A stretch of 64,000 bases of DNA, from assembly GCA_040900375.1 (NCBI GenBank), contig JBBDZC010000003.1, positions 64,586 through 128,585 of the forward strand, read 5' to 3'. The notes beneath the pieces are model-generated. The model was given only the letters and a program-made list of their open reading frames with translations, made no database searches and was not told the origin of the DNA. Shown here piece after piece: positions 20,611 to 29,566 of the stretch. Within the stretch, counting starts at the first letter, position 1. Every line of letters starts with the position of its first letter. Made by a program: the position numbers and the translations under genes. Source of the DNA: Candidatus Anderseniibacteriota bacterium. GTDB lineage: Bacteria > Patescibacteriota > Andersenbacteria > UBA10190.

Positions 20611-21892
20611 AGCCAGATAAACCCACAAAAAATACGAATGAAACCAGCATGACTGCCATAATTGCCCCCGTTACCTCAAGTAGGGGAATCATAATCAGAT
20701 ACAGCAGAAAAGCCAAGGCGGCCATACAGACAGCCCAGTACGAGTAAAACGTATGCCCACGCACCCCCTGGGCTACCACCAAAGCTCCCCGTACGTTAAC
20801 AAATGTATAGAGGATTGCGTTCACCGAGAACAACAGGATCCACAGAAATTTCATCGGATACTCGTCGCCGTACAAAAGAACTGTGATGTACATGGCCAAG
20901 CCATTAAGAAGCAGCAATGGAATGAAGCCAGTAAACATGAGTCTGTTTAATCGGCGGTTTATCTCGAGCTTATCTGACCGACTGCTGGCAGTGGGCAGAA
21001 ACACCTTAATAAACACAGAGCTCACGCGTCCTAATACAATGAGCGAAGCACCATAGTAAACGGAGTAAATCCCGACGCTTTCAACGTCAAGGTATCTGTT
21101 TAGGAAAAATCGGTCGCTGCCCCACAGGATAAAAAGCGCCACAGATCCAAGTACACTAAATGCACCATACGAGAGCATCTGCTTAAGCGCTACCGTATCC
21201 CAAGAAGAGGGCTTAAAGTAGTGCCAATGAGTTAGCAGAACAGCCGCTGCATACGCAAGTAAACCGCCAGCGAGCGCCCCAATGTAGTCGGTGTACGTTG
21301 TGCCTGCGCCGGCGGCATACAGCGCTAAAAAAATCATGGCTCCAACAGTGGCATATACGATATCCAGCGCCGCCTGGAGTTTGAACTTAAGCAGCCCTCG
21401 CAATACGCACTCCATGCCGGTTTTAAACACAGTAACAATGCAGTAGAACAGGGCAATAGTATACACGGCGGAGCTTAAGCTGAGTATTTCTGTTACCTGG
21501 TTTCGAACAAAGTATGCAACGACCAATGTTAGTGCCGAAAAAAACAACGTTCCGCCAGCGAAGGTGGTAATCGTCCTGCGTCGCTCCGTTGTACTCCGTT
21601 TTTCCGGTAAATATTTTATCACGCTAGCTTGTAATCCAAAAAACATCGGGTACGGAAGAACATTCGCCACCGCAAACACAAGTGCTGCTCTCCCGTACTC
21701 GGCCGGCCCCAGCGCCCGCACGGCGAGGATTTGCACCACAGCAAACAACAACCCTGATACAATACTGCTCAGCCCCACGTACCCAAGATTACTCACAAAG
21801 CCCCTCATGTCGGCGGTAAGGTCATGCTTGTAGAGCCGGCGGTTTACCTTATCACCTACACGCCACACCCAGTCAGTGAATACTTGCTTCAT
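20582..21892 (-). CDS. wzx: Oligosaccharide flippase (Wzx/MOP family)
   Basis: About 12 TM helices, RALGPAEYG, DRFFLNRYL...VGIYS. Confidence 0.85.
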   Translation of the reverse strand: MKQVFTDWVWRVGDKVNRRLYKHDLTADMRGFVSNLGYVGLSSIVSGLLFAVVQILAVRALGPAEYGRAALVFAVANVLPYPMFFGLQASVIKYLPEKRSTTERRRTITTFAGGTLFFSALTLVVAYFVRNQVTEILSLSSAVYTIALFYCIVTVFKTGMECVLRGLLKFKLQAALDIVYATVGAMIFLALYAAGAGTTYTDYIGALAGGLLAYAAAVLLTHWHYFKPSSWDTVALKQMLSYGAFSVLGSVALFILWGSDRFFLNRYLDVESVGIYSVYYGASLIVLGRVSSVFIKVFLPTASSRSDKLEINRRLNRLMFTGFIPLLLLNGLAMYITVLLYGDEYPMKFLWILLFSVNAILYTFVNVRGALVVAQGVRGHTFYSYWAVCMAALAFLLYLIMIPLLEVTGAIMAVMLVSFVFFVGLSGYAKRLLQPE

Positions 21893-23160
21893 CGTACAAA
21901 TGAACAGCGAAAAACCCGCTTGCCTCGGGAAAATACATTAGAAAAATACTCCAAATCCTTCCAAAAAATTTGCGCGACTGCCTCCGGATTAAAATGCTCG
22001 CGCACGAAGGTGCAGCCCGCATCCGCAATACGTTGGAGCTCCTGAGGATGCGCTTGGTAGTATTCAACTATTTTCAGCAGGTCGTCCAAGTCATTCTGCT
22101 TATAAGTGATGTAGTGCACGCCTGGAACAAGCCCCAGCGCCGTATACATGAGATCATCAATAGCCACCAGCGCCGTCCCACAGGCCATGCCTTCAATGGC
22201 ATTCACAGACGGCAACCCGCATGCTTCCTCTGGACTGACAAACATGCGGTAGTCATTATACTTTTCAACGATGTCAAACTGGAAGTAGCGCGTTAGGTGG
22301 TTCGGAAACAGCTTAGTGAGAAGTATGTGCGGCAGATGCTTTTTTGCCCAACGCGCCAGAGCAGAGTCTTGCGACTGAATCTGGCTGATGCGGCGTACGT
22401 CGTCAAAATCAGATATATACGAATCAATCCACGGCGTAACTTCGTTCCTTTTTTGGTAAATCAGGTTCCGCATAGGGTGGATGGAAGGATCTTTTCCAAA
22501 AAATCTTTCATATTCCGGCCCCACTCGGCTTGTCGTTCCGACCGCGAAGCATTTGTTAACCCTTTTGGCAAACGGTTTTCGCTTCTTAAACCGCGAGGGA
22601 AAACTGAATGGCAAATGGTACACCTGCTTCTCCTCTGGAAAGAAATACCGGAAGTAACCATTGGAAACGAGATTATTCTCAGCCACGAGTATGTTGTGCT
22701 TGATGCGCCGCACATTCTCCGCAATTTTTTCCGTGCTCCTAAAGTAGTGAGTCAGGTGCGTAAATACTAAACCGCTGTATTGGTGGAAAGTGTTGACCTC
22801 TGTATTGCGCGGGAATTCATCCAGACTTGTATGGGCGAAATTCAATATAATATCGTGTTTTGGATCGAGCGCTCCGACACCGAAGTACACCTTGCATTGG
22901 AGCGGGTTTAGACCATTCAGGAGACACCACAACACATATTCCACGTACGTAAAAATTCGTCCGAGATAGGTGAAACGCACACCGAGTTCATTCAGTGATG
23001 AACGGGTCCCGTCAAGCAGGATGCCAACATCCTTGGTCTTATTTTTTAAGTAGTAATCCCGGACGAATGCATACTTTGTAATGTGGGGGTTGTGGATCAA
23101 CGCATTCCGCACGGTTTTTGCATAAAAGTGGACATGCGGGTTGGCCAGAATGAGGCGCAT
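21889..23160 (-). CDS. Atypical GT-B glycosyltransferase, paralog of 16516..17790
   Basis: MRLILANPH start matches the paralog's MRLVILNPH. FDIVEKYN, PEEACGLPS, EGMACG. Confidence 0.72.
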   Translation of the reverse strand: MRLILANPHVHFYAKTVRNALIHNPHITKYAFVRDYYLKNKTKDVGILLDGTRSSLNELGVRFTYLGRIFTYVEYVLWCLLNGLNPLQCKVYFGVGALDPKHDIILNFAHTSLDEFPRNTEVNTFHQYSGLVFTHLTHYFRSTEKIAENVRRIKHNILVAENNLVSNGYFRYFFPEEKQVYHLPFSFPSRFKKRKPFAKRVNKCFAVGTTSRVGPEYERFFGKDPSIHPMRNLIYQKRNEVTPWIDSYISDFDDVRRISQIQSQDSALARWAKKHLPHILLTKLFPNHLTRYFQFDIVEKYNDYRMFVSPEEACGLPSVNAIEGMACGTALVAIDDLMYTALGLVPGVHYITYKQNDLDDLLKIVEYYQAHPQELQRIADAGCTFVREHFNPEAVAQIFWKDLEYFSNVFSRGKRVFRCSFVR

Positions 23161-23204
23161 GTTGTATGTTCCGTTGCGATCAGCGCAAAGACAGCCCGCC
23201 ACTA

Positions 23205-24266
23205 CTACGATGCGCCAGCCTGATTGCCCTCGCGGCCATAGGTGAAACTGATCGCCGAGACAAGCCGCGGCGCAAACAGGTTATTTATGTAGAGCGATAA
23301 GATTTGCTGGACAGCCTGACGGACAGCAAGGGAAAAATCCTCGTGCTGCATAATTCCCTCATATAATCTTTTGTATGCATCACTTCGGAAATTATAGTGC
23401 CCCGCGATGACGCTGCAGAGATATTTGTTGGATGCCTTATTATGCAGCAGCCATTTTTCCCATTTCCGGCTGCGGTACGCCACTTCCAAAAACTCACTTA
23501 TATCCAGTCCGTACTGGTTCGCACGCAGCAACGTAAGTTGTGTTTGGAGCACCCCAAACTGTGGCGCAACATTTACAGCATCAACAACCCCGCGCCTGCG
23601 CTGTATCTCGGCCGCAGACAGGTAGTCGGCATTGTGCTCCTTGATTGCAATATCGTACTTGTCGGCCAACAGGCGCAGCTTTTTTACATAGTCTTCGTGA
23701 AAGAGCCCTTCCTGGCGTACTTCCTTAATGATGGTGCCCGTCTGCAGCACAACAAAATGCGGCTTCATGAAGCTGGTGAAAAATTTCATCTGCTCTTCCG
23801 CTCGAAGTGCATCTTCAACATTCGTGCCGGTATTCTCGTCCGTACCGATTTCAATGAGCGTATGCGGCGATTTGCGTTGAATGTATTCAATTGCTTTCTT
23901 TGATTCTTCTAAAATGCGTTCGTACCCCCCGGGACAAAAACAGAAATCTACGTGAATGAGGTCGAAGCCATGTTCTAAGTCAGTATCAATTGTTACATAG
24001 GTGTCCGTGAGGTCAAAAATACTATTGTGCCCCGGTCCGCAGTGGTCGCGGCAAATGTATACATTGGCAGCGGGGTACTTTGCCTTCATTCTATCGAGGT
24101 ATTCACGATACTCACGTGTATGCAAAACGTAGCCTCTATCATAATCAACCTGATTCTTGGAAGCTATTAACATGAGTGGACAATTCTCCTGCGCAGAATA
24201 CTCATAGACTGCTGCAATTACATCCTCACTCATTGGCCCTATTCCCAGTGGACTGATTGCTGGCAT
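23205..24266 (-). CDS. GatZ/KbaZ-like (tagatose-bisphosphate aldolase non-catalytic subunit / hexulose-6-P epimerase family) TIM-barrel protein
   Basis: LIASKNQVDYDRGY, RDHCGPG, GFDLIHVD, EIGTDE, KEHNADY and NVAP mirror the GatZ/KbaZ motifs (ATxNQV, DHLGP, EAHSTDY, KVGP). Confidence 0.72.
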   Translation of the reverse strand: MPAISPLGIGPMSEDVIAAVYEYSAQENCPLMLIASKNQVDYDRGYVLHTREYREYLDRMKAKYPAANVYICRDHCGPGHNSIFDLTDTYVTIDTDLEHGFDLIHVDFCFCPGGYERILEESKKAIEYIQRKSPHTLIEIGTDENTGTNVEDALRAEEQMKFFTSFMKPHFVVLQTGTIIKEVRQEGLFHEDYVKKLRLLADKYDIAIKEHNADYLSAAEIQRRRGVVDAVNVAPQFGVLQTQLTLLRANQYGLDISEFLEVAYRSRKWEKWLLHNKASNKYLCSVIAGHYNFRSDAYKRLYEGIMQHEDFSLAVRQAVQQILSLYINNLFAPRLVSAISFTYGREGNQAGAS

Positions 24267-24269
24267 AGA

Positions 24270-24785
24270 TTAACTGTTGACTTGTACAGTTGGCTCTTCT
24301 CGAAGCTCTCTAGCAAAGAAGAGGTCTTTAATATAAAAACACGCCTCCGCCACGGCTCCCTCGGCGCTTTGTGCTTGGGTAACGTAGTCGGCAGCCTGCA
24401 GCGCCAGTGGATGCGCATTGGCGGGCGCAATGCTGTAGGCTACTATCTCGAATACGCGTGCGTCGTATATACCATCACCCATGTACACCATTGAATCCAA
24501 GTCACCTAATTGTGAGAAATATGCGTGTCGCTCAAGCTCCGACACCAGCGTCACGGGCAGCTCCATATCATCCATACGCTTCTTAGTAATGTTCCAGCCT
24601 CGCTTATCGGCGGAAATCGCTTCTAGGGTAACGTAGCGACGAAGCATCTTTACGCCATCAGCATCGTGCGGACCAAAAATCTTGGCGAATTTCCCCTCAC
24701 TTGTATAGAGAAACTGGCCAGTTGTGAATACTCCATCGACATCAAACATAACTCGTGTGATTGGCGATGTGGGCAAGCGCTTCAT
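24270..24785 (-). CDS. KdsC/YrbI-like HAD phosphatase
   Basis: FDVDGVFTTG, DADGV, MGDGIYD, APANA, EGAVAE. Confidence 0.85.
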   Translation of the reverse strand: MKRLPTSPITRVMFDVDGVFTTGQFLYTSEGKFAKIFGPHDADGVKMLRRYVTLEAISADKRGWNITKKRMDDMELPVTLVSELERHAYFSQLGDLDSMVYMGDGIYDARVFEIVAYSIAPANAHPLALQAADYVTQAQSAEGAVAEACFYIKDLFFARELREEPTVQVNS

Positions 24786-24798
24786 CTCGTTATCCTAC

Positions 24799-25632
24799 TC
24801 AATTTTTGATTAACTTCACAAGTGCTCTTCGCATTACTGCTTCTGGGGGTGCCTCACCCGTATACAACTTAAACTGATGCAACGCCTGTATTAAGGCCAT
24901 ATCTGAACCGCGCAAGACCCGCTTGCCCAGCTTGGCACCGGTCGCTATGAGTCGGGTTTCATAAGGTGTGGCAACTACATCCATAATAAATTCAAAATTG
25001 CGGAGGGCTTTCTCGGTTATCGGCATCTCATGTACTTCTGGAACCATCCCCACGGGCGTAGCGTTAATGAGGATGTCAGCGGACGCGCGCTGTCGCTGAC
25101 TCCAGGGCAGTGTACCTTGAAGCTGCCATTGCTTCACCAGAGCCCGACTCTGTGTGTCGGAACGGCTCGTGACTATAGTGTGGCGAACATTTAGTCTCGC
25201 CAGAGCGCAACAGATTGCTTGAGCAACACCTCCTGCTCCAAGTATAAGAATGCTTTTATTCTTAATGCCTCTAATACCTTGAAGCATCTGACGAGCCGCC
25301 GTGGTGTCGGTATTGTAGCCATGTAGCCTTCCTTTTTTGTTAACAACCGTATTCACAGCCCCCACCTCTCGGGCTAGTGGATCGAGCCTGTCCAAATACT
25401 TTACGATTTCTTGCTTAAACGGCATAGACACGCCGCACCCACGGATATCCAGCGCCCGTATTCCTGCTATCGCATCAACTAAGGCGTGCCTATCAACCCG
25501 GCAGGCCTTGTAGATAGCATCAATACCTAATTGTTCAAAGGCAGCATTGAATACTGTAGTGCCGGTATTGCTGGGACGTTCAGCAATAGAAATGTAGACG
25601 GCGGTTCCCTTATTAAGCTTGGACTTTCTCAT
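24799..25632 (-). CDS. Shikimate dehydrogenase-like oxidoreductase, SdhL subclass
   Basis: SIAERPSNTGTT, IYKA, RGCGVSMPFK, AVNT, GYNTD, LGAGG, NATPVGM, QALHQF. Start MRKSK at 25632. Confidence 0.88.
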   Translation of the reverse strand: MRKSKLNKGTAVYISIAERPSNTGTTVFNAAFEQLGIDAIYKACRVDRHALVDAIAGIRALDIRGCGVSMPFKQEIVKYLDRLDPLAREVGAVNTVVNKKGRLHGYNTDTTAARQMLQGIRGIKNKSILILGAGGVAQAICCALARLNVRHTIVTSRSDTQSRALVKQWQLQGTLPWSQRQRASADILINATPVGMVPEVHEMPITEKALRNFEFIMDVVATPYETRLIATGAKLGKRVLRGSDMALIQALHQFKLYTGEAPPEAVMRRALVKLIKN

Positions 25633-27211
25633 GCTGTAAGGCCTGTGCCAGCTGCAGGCGGCCATAGTAGTACAACAGCCGATTGAATGGTTCGGTGTGC
25701 AGCGGCGACATATTAAGAAAAATTAAGGCGGTAAGAGTATCAATTTTTTTCTGGTCATAGCCGTATTCCAGCATAGCTTGTAAAAAAACCGTCCGTCTTT
25801 CTGTCAACGCACCGGAAATCGACAGCGACAAATCCACGTCCGTACCTTTCTGCCTGAAGCTAAACATGTTCTTCTTAATAGTGTGGTAAGGCACGAGCAT
25901 TCCTCCGTTCAGCTTCGCTAAGTCATAATATAGATCTCCGTATTCTAAGAGACCGGCAAAATCCTGCCGCCAATCAAGCAGAACGAATTGTTGGTCTGTG
26001 CTGTCGCTGACAAGTATATTGTCAAATTGCAGATCGCCGTGGAATGGCGAGGGGATGCCGTTGTACAACGTCTGCCAGTCAATTTGGGAAAGCAGCTCTT
26101 CAAGCGCCGGAAGGTGTTCGCCATTCACGGTGCATTCACTGTCACTGCTGCCTGTTTGCACGTCATACTGCAGCAGCCGCTGATGCGTTTTATCATAGTA
26201 AAACTGCTGGCAGCGGCGACGGAAATCTGCATACTGCTCATCGGATAGCGTAAGGGGACGCCAGAGGTTGCTACGCAGCCAAACGAGCAAATCCATCACG
26301 AGGTGAGGGTCTTCCGTTTGGTACATCGTCAGACCAGGCATCTTCTTATAGGCATAAAAGTGTGGTGCTTCATCAGTGATTTTAGGTACAACTGCTGACA
26401 TGTGCCTCGCCTTCGCCACGCGGTGGGCAGCCACCTGTGCGTCGCCAAAGTACTTTATTACTTTTTCTCCGACAAAATACAAAAACTCGCCTTTTTTTGA
26501 AAAATCAAAGCTTTCCTGTTGGTCCGCAAGTTCACGAATTGCCAGCCGGTAGCCCTCAACATTGCCCGTGTCGAACCACGTAAATTCACGTGCCTGCAAA
26601 CCTGGTTCAATAAGCGATCGAAATCCATTTGATACCTGTAGCTCTCCCGCAGCAAGCGTAGGTGTACCCGCCAGAGCCTCCCAGAATGTGTTGTAGTCCC
26701 TCACGCCAGCCAAGCCAATAAATCCATACGTATTGCTGGTGGTTACCTTATCAACCATATCTCGCACATATCCGTCCTCAATGGTAACGGTATTGTATTG
26801 CGTTGGATCAACTACTGGCGCTACACCAAACCAATTCGAATCCGGTGGTGGTATGTTCTCTTCTACTAACGTGTCGACCGTGGTAAATATGAACGGCACC
26901 TGCAAATATTCATGGCACTGTAATAATGAATAGCCGGGCCCAGAGCCTTTACCGGTAATTTTATCAACTTCAACGTAGTGAATAGTCCGCTCTGGATGGG
27001 CGATGGACAAGTAAGCCTGTAGTTTCTCTTTCTCATATCCTACTGCCATAACAATCACGATTTCCGCCGGAAACTTGTGCAAAATATGGGAAATTACAGC
27101 CTGCGAACCAAGCGGTAGCATAGCCTTATTCACACCACTCTTCAGTTCACCCAATCGCGTTCCCTGGCCAGCAGCAAGTATGGCGATTTTATATGTCCCT
27201 ATGCTAGACAT
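25613..27211 (-). CDS. Nucleotidyltransferase fused to an APH/choline-kinase-like phosphotransferase
   Basis: N-terminal ILAAGQGTRL...NKAMLP, WFDTGN. C-terminal FHGDLQFDNIL, LLDWRQ, GDLYYDLAKL. Start MSSIG at 27211. Confidence 0.85.
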   Translation of the reverse strand: MSSIGTYKIAILAAGQGTRLGELKSGVNKAMLPLGSQAVISHILHKFPAEIVIVMAVGYEKEKLQAYLSIAHPERTIHYVEVDKITGKGSGPGYSLLQCHEYLQVPFIFTTVDTLVEENIPPPDSNWFGVAPVVDPTQYNTVTIEDGYVRDMVDKVTTSNTYGFIGLAGVRDYNTFWEALAGTPTLAAGELQVSNGFRSLIEPGLQAREFTWFDTGNVEGYRLAIRELADQQESFDFSKKGEFLYFVGEKVIKYFGDAQVAAHRVAKARHMSAVVPKITDEAPHFYAYKKMPGLTMYQTEDPHLVMDLLVWLRSNLWRPLTLSDEQYADFRRRCQQFYYDKTHQRLLQYDVQTGSSDSECTVNGEHLPALEELLSQIDWQTLYNGIPSPFHGDLQFDNILVSDSTDQQFVLLDWRQDFAGLLEYGDLYYDLAKLNGGMLVPYHTIKKNMFSFRQKGTDVDLSLSISGALTERRTVFLQAMLEYGYDQKKIDTLTALIFLNMSPLHTEPFNRLLYYYGRLQLAQALQHEKVQA

Positions 27212-27686
27212 GTTCTGAGGCAATTTTGCCATTGGGGCGGCTGTAGTCATCCGCGAGCCGCACAACATCATCAAGGTGGTCAGTTGATGCTTCCACCAGC
27301 AGCACGTCTGTCAGGGCTTCAACCCGATGCACTGCCGGCGGCATGACCTTAATAACCTTGCCGGCAGTCATGTCAATGCTCCGGATGTTTTTGCCTTTGG
27401 ATGACTGGTAGTAAAACCGCACTTTGCCGAACAAAATGCAATTATGCTCTGCCTTTTGATTATGGTACTGCAGGCTCGTCTTTGCCCCCTTTTTTAGATA
27501 AATGATTTTGAGCGCATAAGGCACTTCCTTACCTTTTGCCAGCCATAGCTCAAAACCCCAGGGCTTTTTCACTTGCTTTGCCTCGCTGAAATCAGTAATG
27601 CGGATTTTCTTCGGCAGACCTTGAGGAGCCTTTCCCATGCTTTTCTTACTTACTTTGCTTTTAATGTAACTGATAATATCAGGCAT
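27204..27686 (-). CDS. Cupin-domain protein (type II mannose-6-phosphate isomerase C-terminal-like)
   Basis: VKKPWGFE, TSLQYHNQKAE, PPAVHRV, EAST, DDVVRLADDYSR. Confidence 0.82.
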   Translation of the reverse strand: MPDIISYIKSKVSKKSMGKAPQGLPKKIRITDFSEAKQVKKPWGFELWLAKGKEVPYALKIIYLKKGAKTSLQYHNQKAEHNCILFGKVRFYYQSSKGKNIRSIDMTAGKVIKVMPPAVHRVEALTDVLLVEASTDHLDDVVRLADDYSRPNGKIASEHV

Positions 27687-27785
27687 ACAAATACAATTAG
27701 CACAATTATGTGAAGATCATCATACAATCGACTTTTATGGTAAAGCAATCAAGAGAAAGAGCAACACAGCACGGCGTGCCCTTCA

Positions 27786-27794
27786 TGGTATGCT
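27786..27794 (+). promoter_or_regulatory. Candidate extended -10 promoter (TGgTATGCT) for a leaderless transcript starting at ATG 27801
   Basis: TG-n-TATGCT lies 6 nt before ATG 27801, with no SD sequence. Confidence 0.45.
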
Positions 27795-27800
27795 ATGACC

Positions 27801-29237
27801 ATGCAAGCGAGGTTGCCGATCCAGTTTTACTTTGTAGTTGGTGGGACGCTTGCGCTGCTTTTTACCATGGCCTTGCAGTATCCGCTGGTTACGACGTTCC
27901 CGATCGGTGGAGATGCGACACGATACATTTTAAAACTATTGGAAGTTCCGGCAGCGGCACAGGAAGACAGAATCATAGAAGCCGGCACCAAACTTTTTAC
28001 AAATACGAGCTATCCGGGCGCGCAGATCATCCTAGCAACTAGTGCGCTGCTGCCCGTTCCCTGGCCGGAGCGATTTACATGGTGGATGAGCCTTGGACAT
28101 ATTGCGACTGGCCTCATGATAGGGTATCTCGCGTGGCGCGTAAGTGATTGGCGAGCAGCGGTCGCCAGTATAGCTATATGGTCGCTGACGTTTGTCTCCG
28201 TGTTGCCTGACATTGAGGACGGGACGCTCGCACAACTATGGAGCTTTCCATTTGTTATTTGGTTTTTAGAACGATGTATGCAGCGCTCATGGATGTGGGC
28301 AGCAATTGCCGCCGTTCTTTCCATGGCGACGCACCCAATTAGCGGCGCAATTATTCTCCTCGTTGGTGCAATAAGTTTGCCTATTATATTCAGGCCTTCA
28401 TTACCACATAAGGGGCGCTTAAAACTTCAATATCTTGCCTTTACGATCTTTATTACACTTGCTTTTGCTTCGACCAGCCGCTTTATTTTTCAAAGCGTCC
28501 GGAGTGTTCTTACTGCTCAACTTCCCTTTGAGAGCAGCGAACCTTTTACCAATATTCTCTACTCGCCCTTTGGACCATTTCTTATTATGGCACCTATTGG
28601 CGTTTTTTTGTTAATGCGGCAAAAACCTGTTTATCAACTCATTCCCCTTTTAACCTTTACGGTGCTTGGCCTGCTCCTTGCATTCAACGACCGCATCGGT
28701 GCGGGATTCTATCCGAGTAGATTTTTATCTTACCCAATCATTTCAGCCACAGTTTTCGCGGCTATAGCTCTGCCTACACTACTAAAATCCGCAGTTCCTT
28801 ACAAAGCACTCCGGTGGTCGTTTGCTGTGTTGCTTATCATGAGCTCTGCTTTATATACATGGAATGATAACAGCCGCATATTTGCGTTTTATGAATCCCC
28901 CTCCAAATACGCCCGACTGCATCCCCATGAACACGAAGCTATCGAGTGGTTAAAAGAGAACACTCCCGCAGATGTATTTGTTGTCTCAAGCAATGCCAAC
29001 CGGCACAGCGAATGGATTCCGATTTTAAGTACGCGGCAGTGGCGCCCTTTGGTAGCAGAAGATACTCTCTGGAATTTGAAAGGTGATGCCCTACATGTTT
29101 ACCTCAAAGACACTCCCTACACCCACCTGGCGCTGTTTAAACACCGCGAGAAACCATCTGATCTGTTTCCTCTGGACGACTCGGCGTACCCGATCGTATT
29201 CGAAAATAAAGGCGCGATGATTATTCAACTGAAGTAA
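27801..29237 (+). CDS. Polytopic membrane protein, putative GT-C glycosyltransferase
   Basis: FPIGGDATRY loop, about 11 TM helices, THPISG, C-terminal EAIEWLKENTP domain. ORF-track start is 27795. Confidence 0.68.
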   Translation: MQARLPIQFYFVVGGTLALLFTMALQYPLVTTFPIGGDATRYILKLLEVPAAAQEDRIIEAGTKLFTNTSYPGAQIILATSALLPVPWPERFTWWMSLGHIATGLMIGYLAWRVSDWRAAVASIAIWSLTFVSVLPDIEDGTLAQLWSFPFVIWFLERCMQRSWMWAAIAAVLSMATHPISGAIILLVGAISLPIIFRPSLPHKGRLKLQYLAFTIFITLAFASTSRFIFQSVRSVLTAQLPFESSEPFTNILYSPFGPFLIMAPIGVFLLMRQKPVYQLIPLLTFTVLGLLLAFNDRIGAGFYPSRFLSYPIISATVFAAIALPTLLKSAVPYKALRWSFAVLLIMSSALYTWNDNSRIFAFYESPSKYARLHPHEHEAIEWLKENTPADVFVVSSNANRHSEWIPILSTRQWRPLVAEDTLWNLKGDALHVYLKDTPYTHLALFKHREKPSDLFPLDDSAYPIVFENKGAMIIQLK

Positions 29238-29239
29238 CT

Positions 29240-29566
29240 ATGAAGCCCTCTCTCCGACTCCTTTCGCTCCTGATCCTTGGCACCGCTCTCTTGATACACT
29301 TCTCGGTGCCAGCAACGATCTTACTTCCCCTATGGGCATCCGTAACTACTGGCTATGCCGTAGTCTTTGGCTTGAAGAGACGCTTTATACTTCTCCTGCC
29401 ATTTATAATCGTGTTATTTGTTGCCTTCTTGGTTCCACTACCCCTTCCTGATACCTGGACACCGGTCCAAAAATTGGTCACATTAATTTCAGGATGGACC
29501 ATTATCCTGATTATTTTGTCTCTTACATGTCTCATATACTTATCACCGGAGGAGCGGGATTCATAG
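29240..29566 (+). CDS. Small hydrophobic membrane protein, unknown function
   Basis: 108 aa, 3-4 TM helices, starts 2 nt after the upstream stop. Confidence 0.55.
   Translation: MKPSLRLLSLLILGTALLIHFSVPATILLPLWASVTTGYAVVFGLKRRFILLLPFIIVLFVAFLVPLPLPDTWTPVQKLVTLISGWTIILIILSLTCLIYLSPEERDS

Noticed and set aside
24270-24785. Kdo biosynthesis (kdsC)
   Set aside because: No kdsA, kdsB or kdsD in the window; only the HAD subfamily is supported.
24799-25632. Calling this aroE of aromatic amino-acid synthesis
   Set aside because: It lacks the AroE HSxSP motif, has SdhL-type motifs and has no aro neighbours.
25613-27211. Phosphocholine lic operon
   Set aside because: No LicB transporter or LicD transferase; the neighbours are sugar-phosphate enzymes.
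15385-27686. Horizontal acquisition of this block on compositional grounds
   Set aside because: Plausible from its self-contained layout, but I cannot compute GC or codon statistics and saw no boundary repeats.
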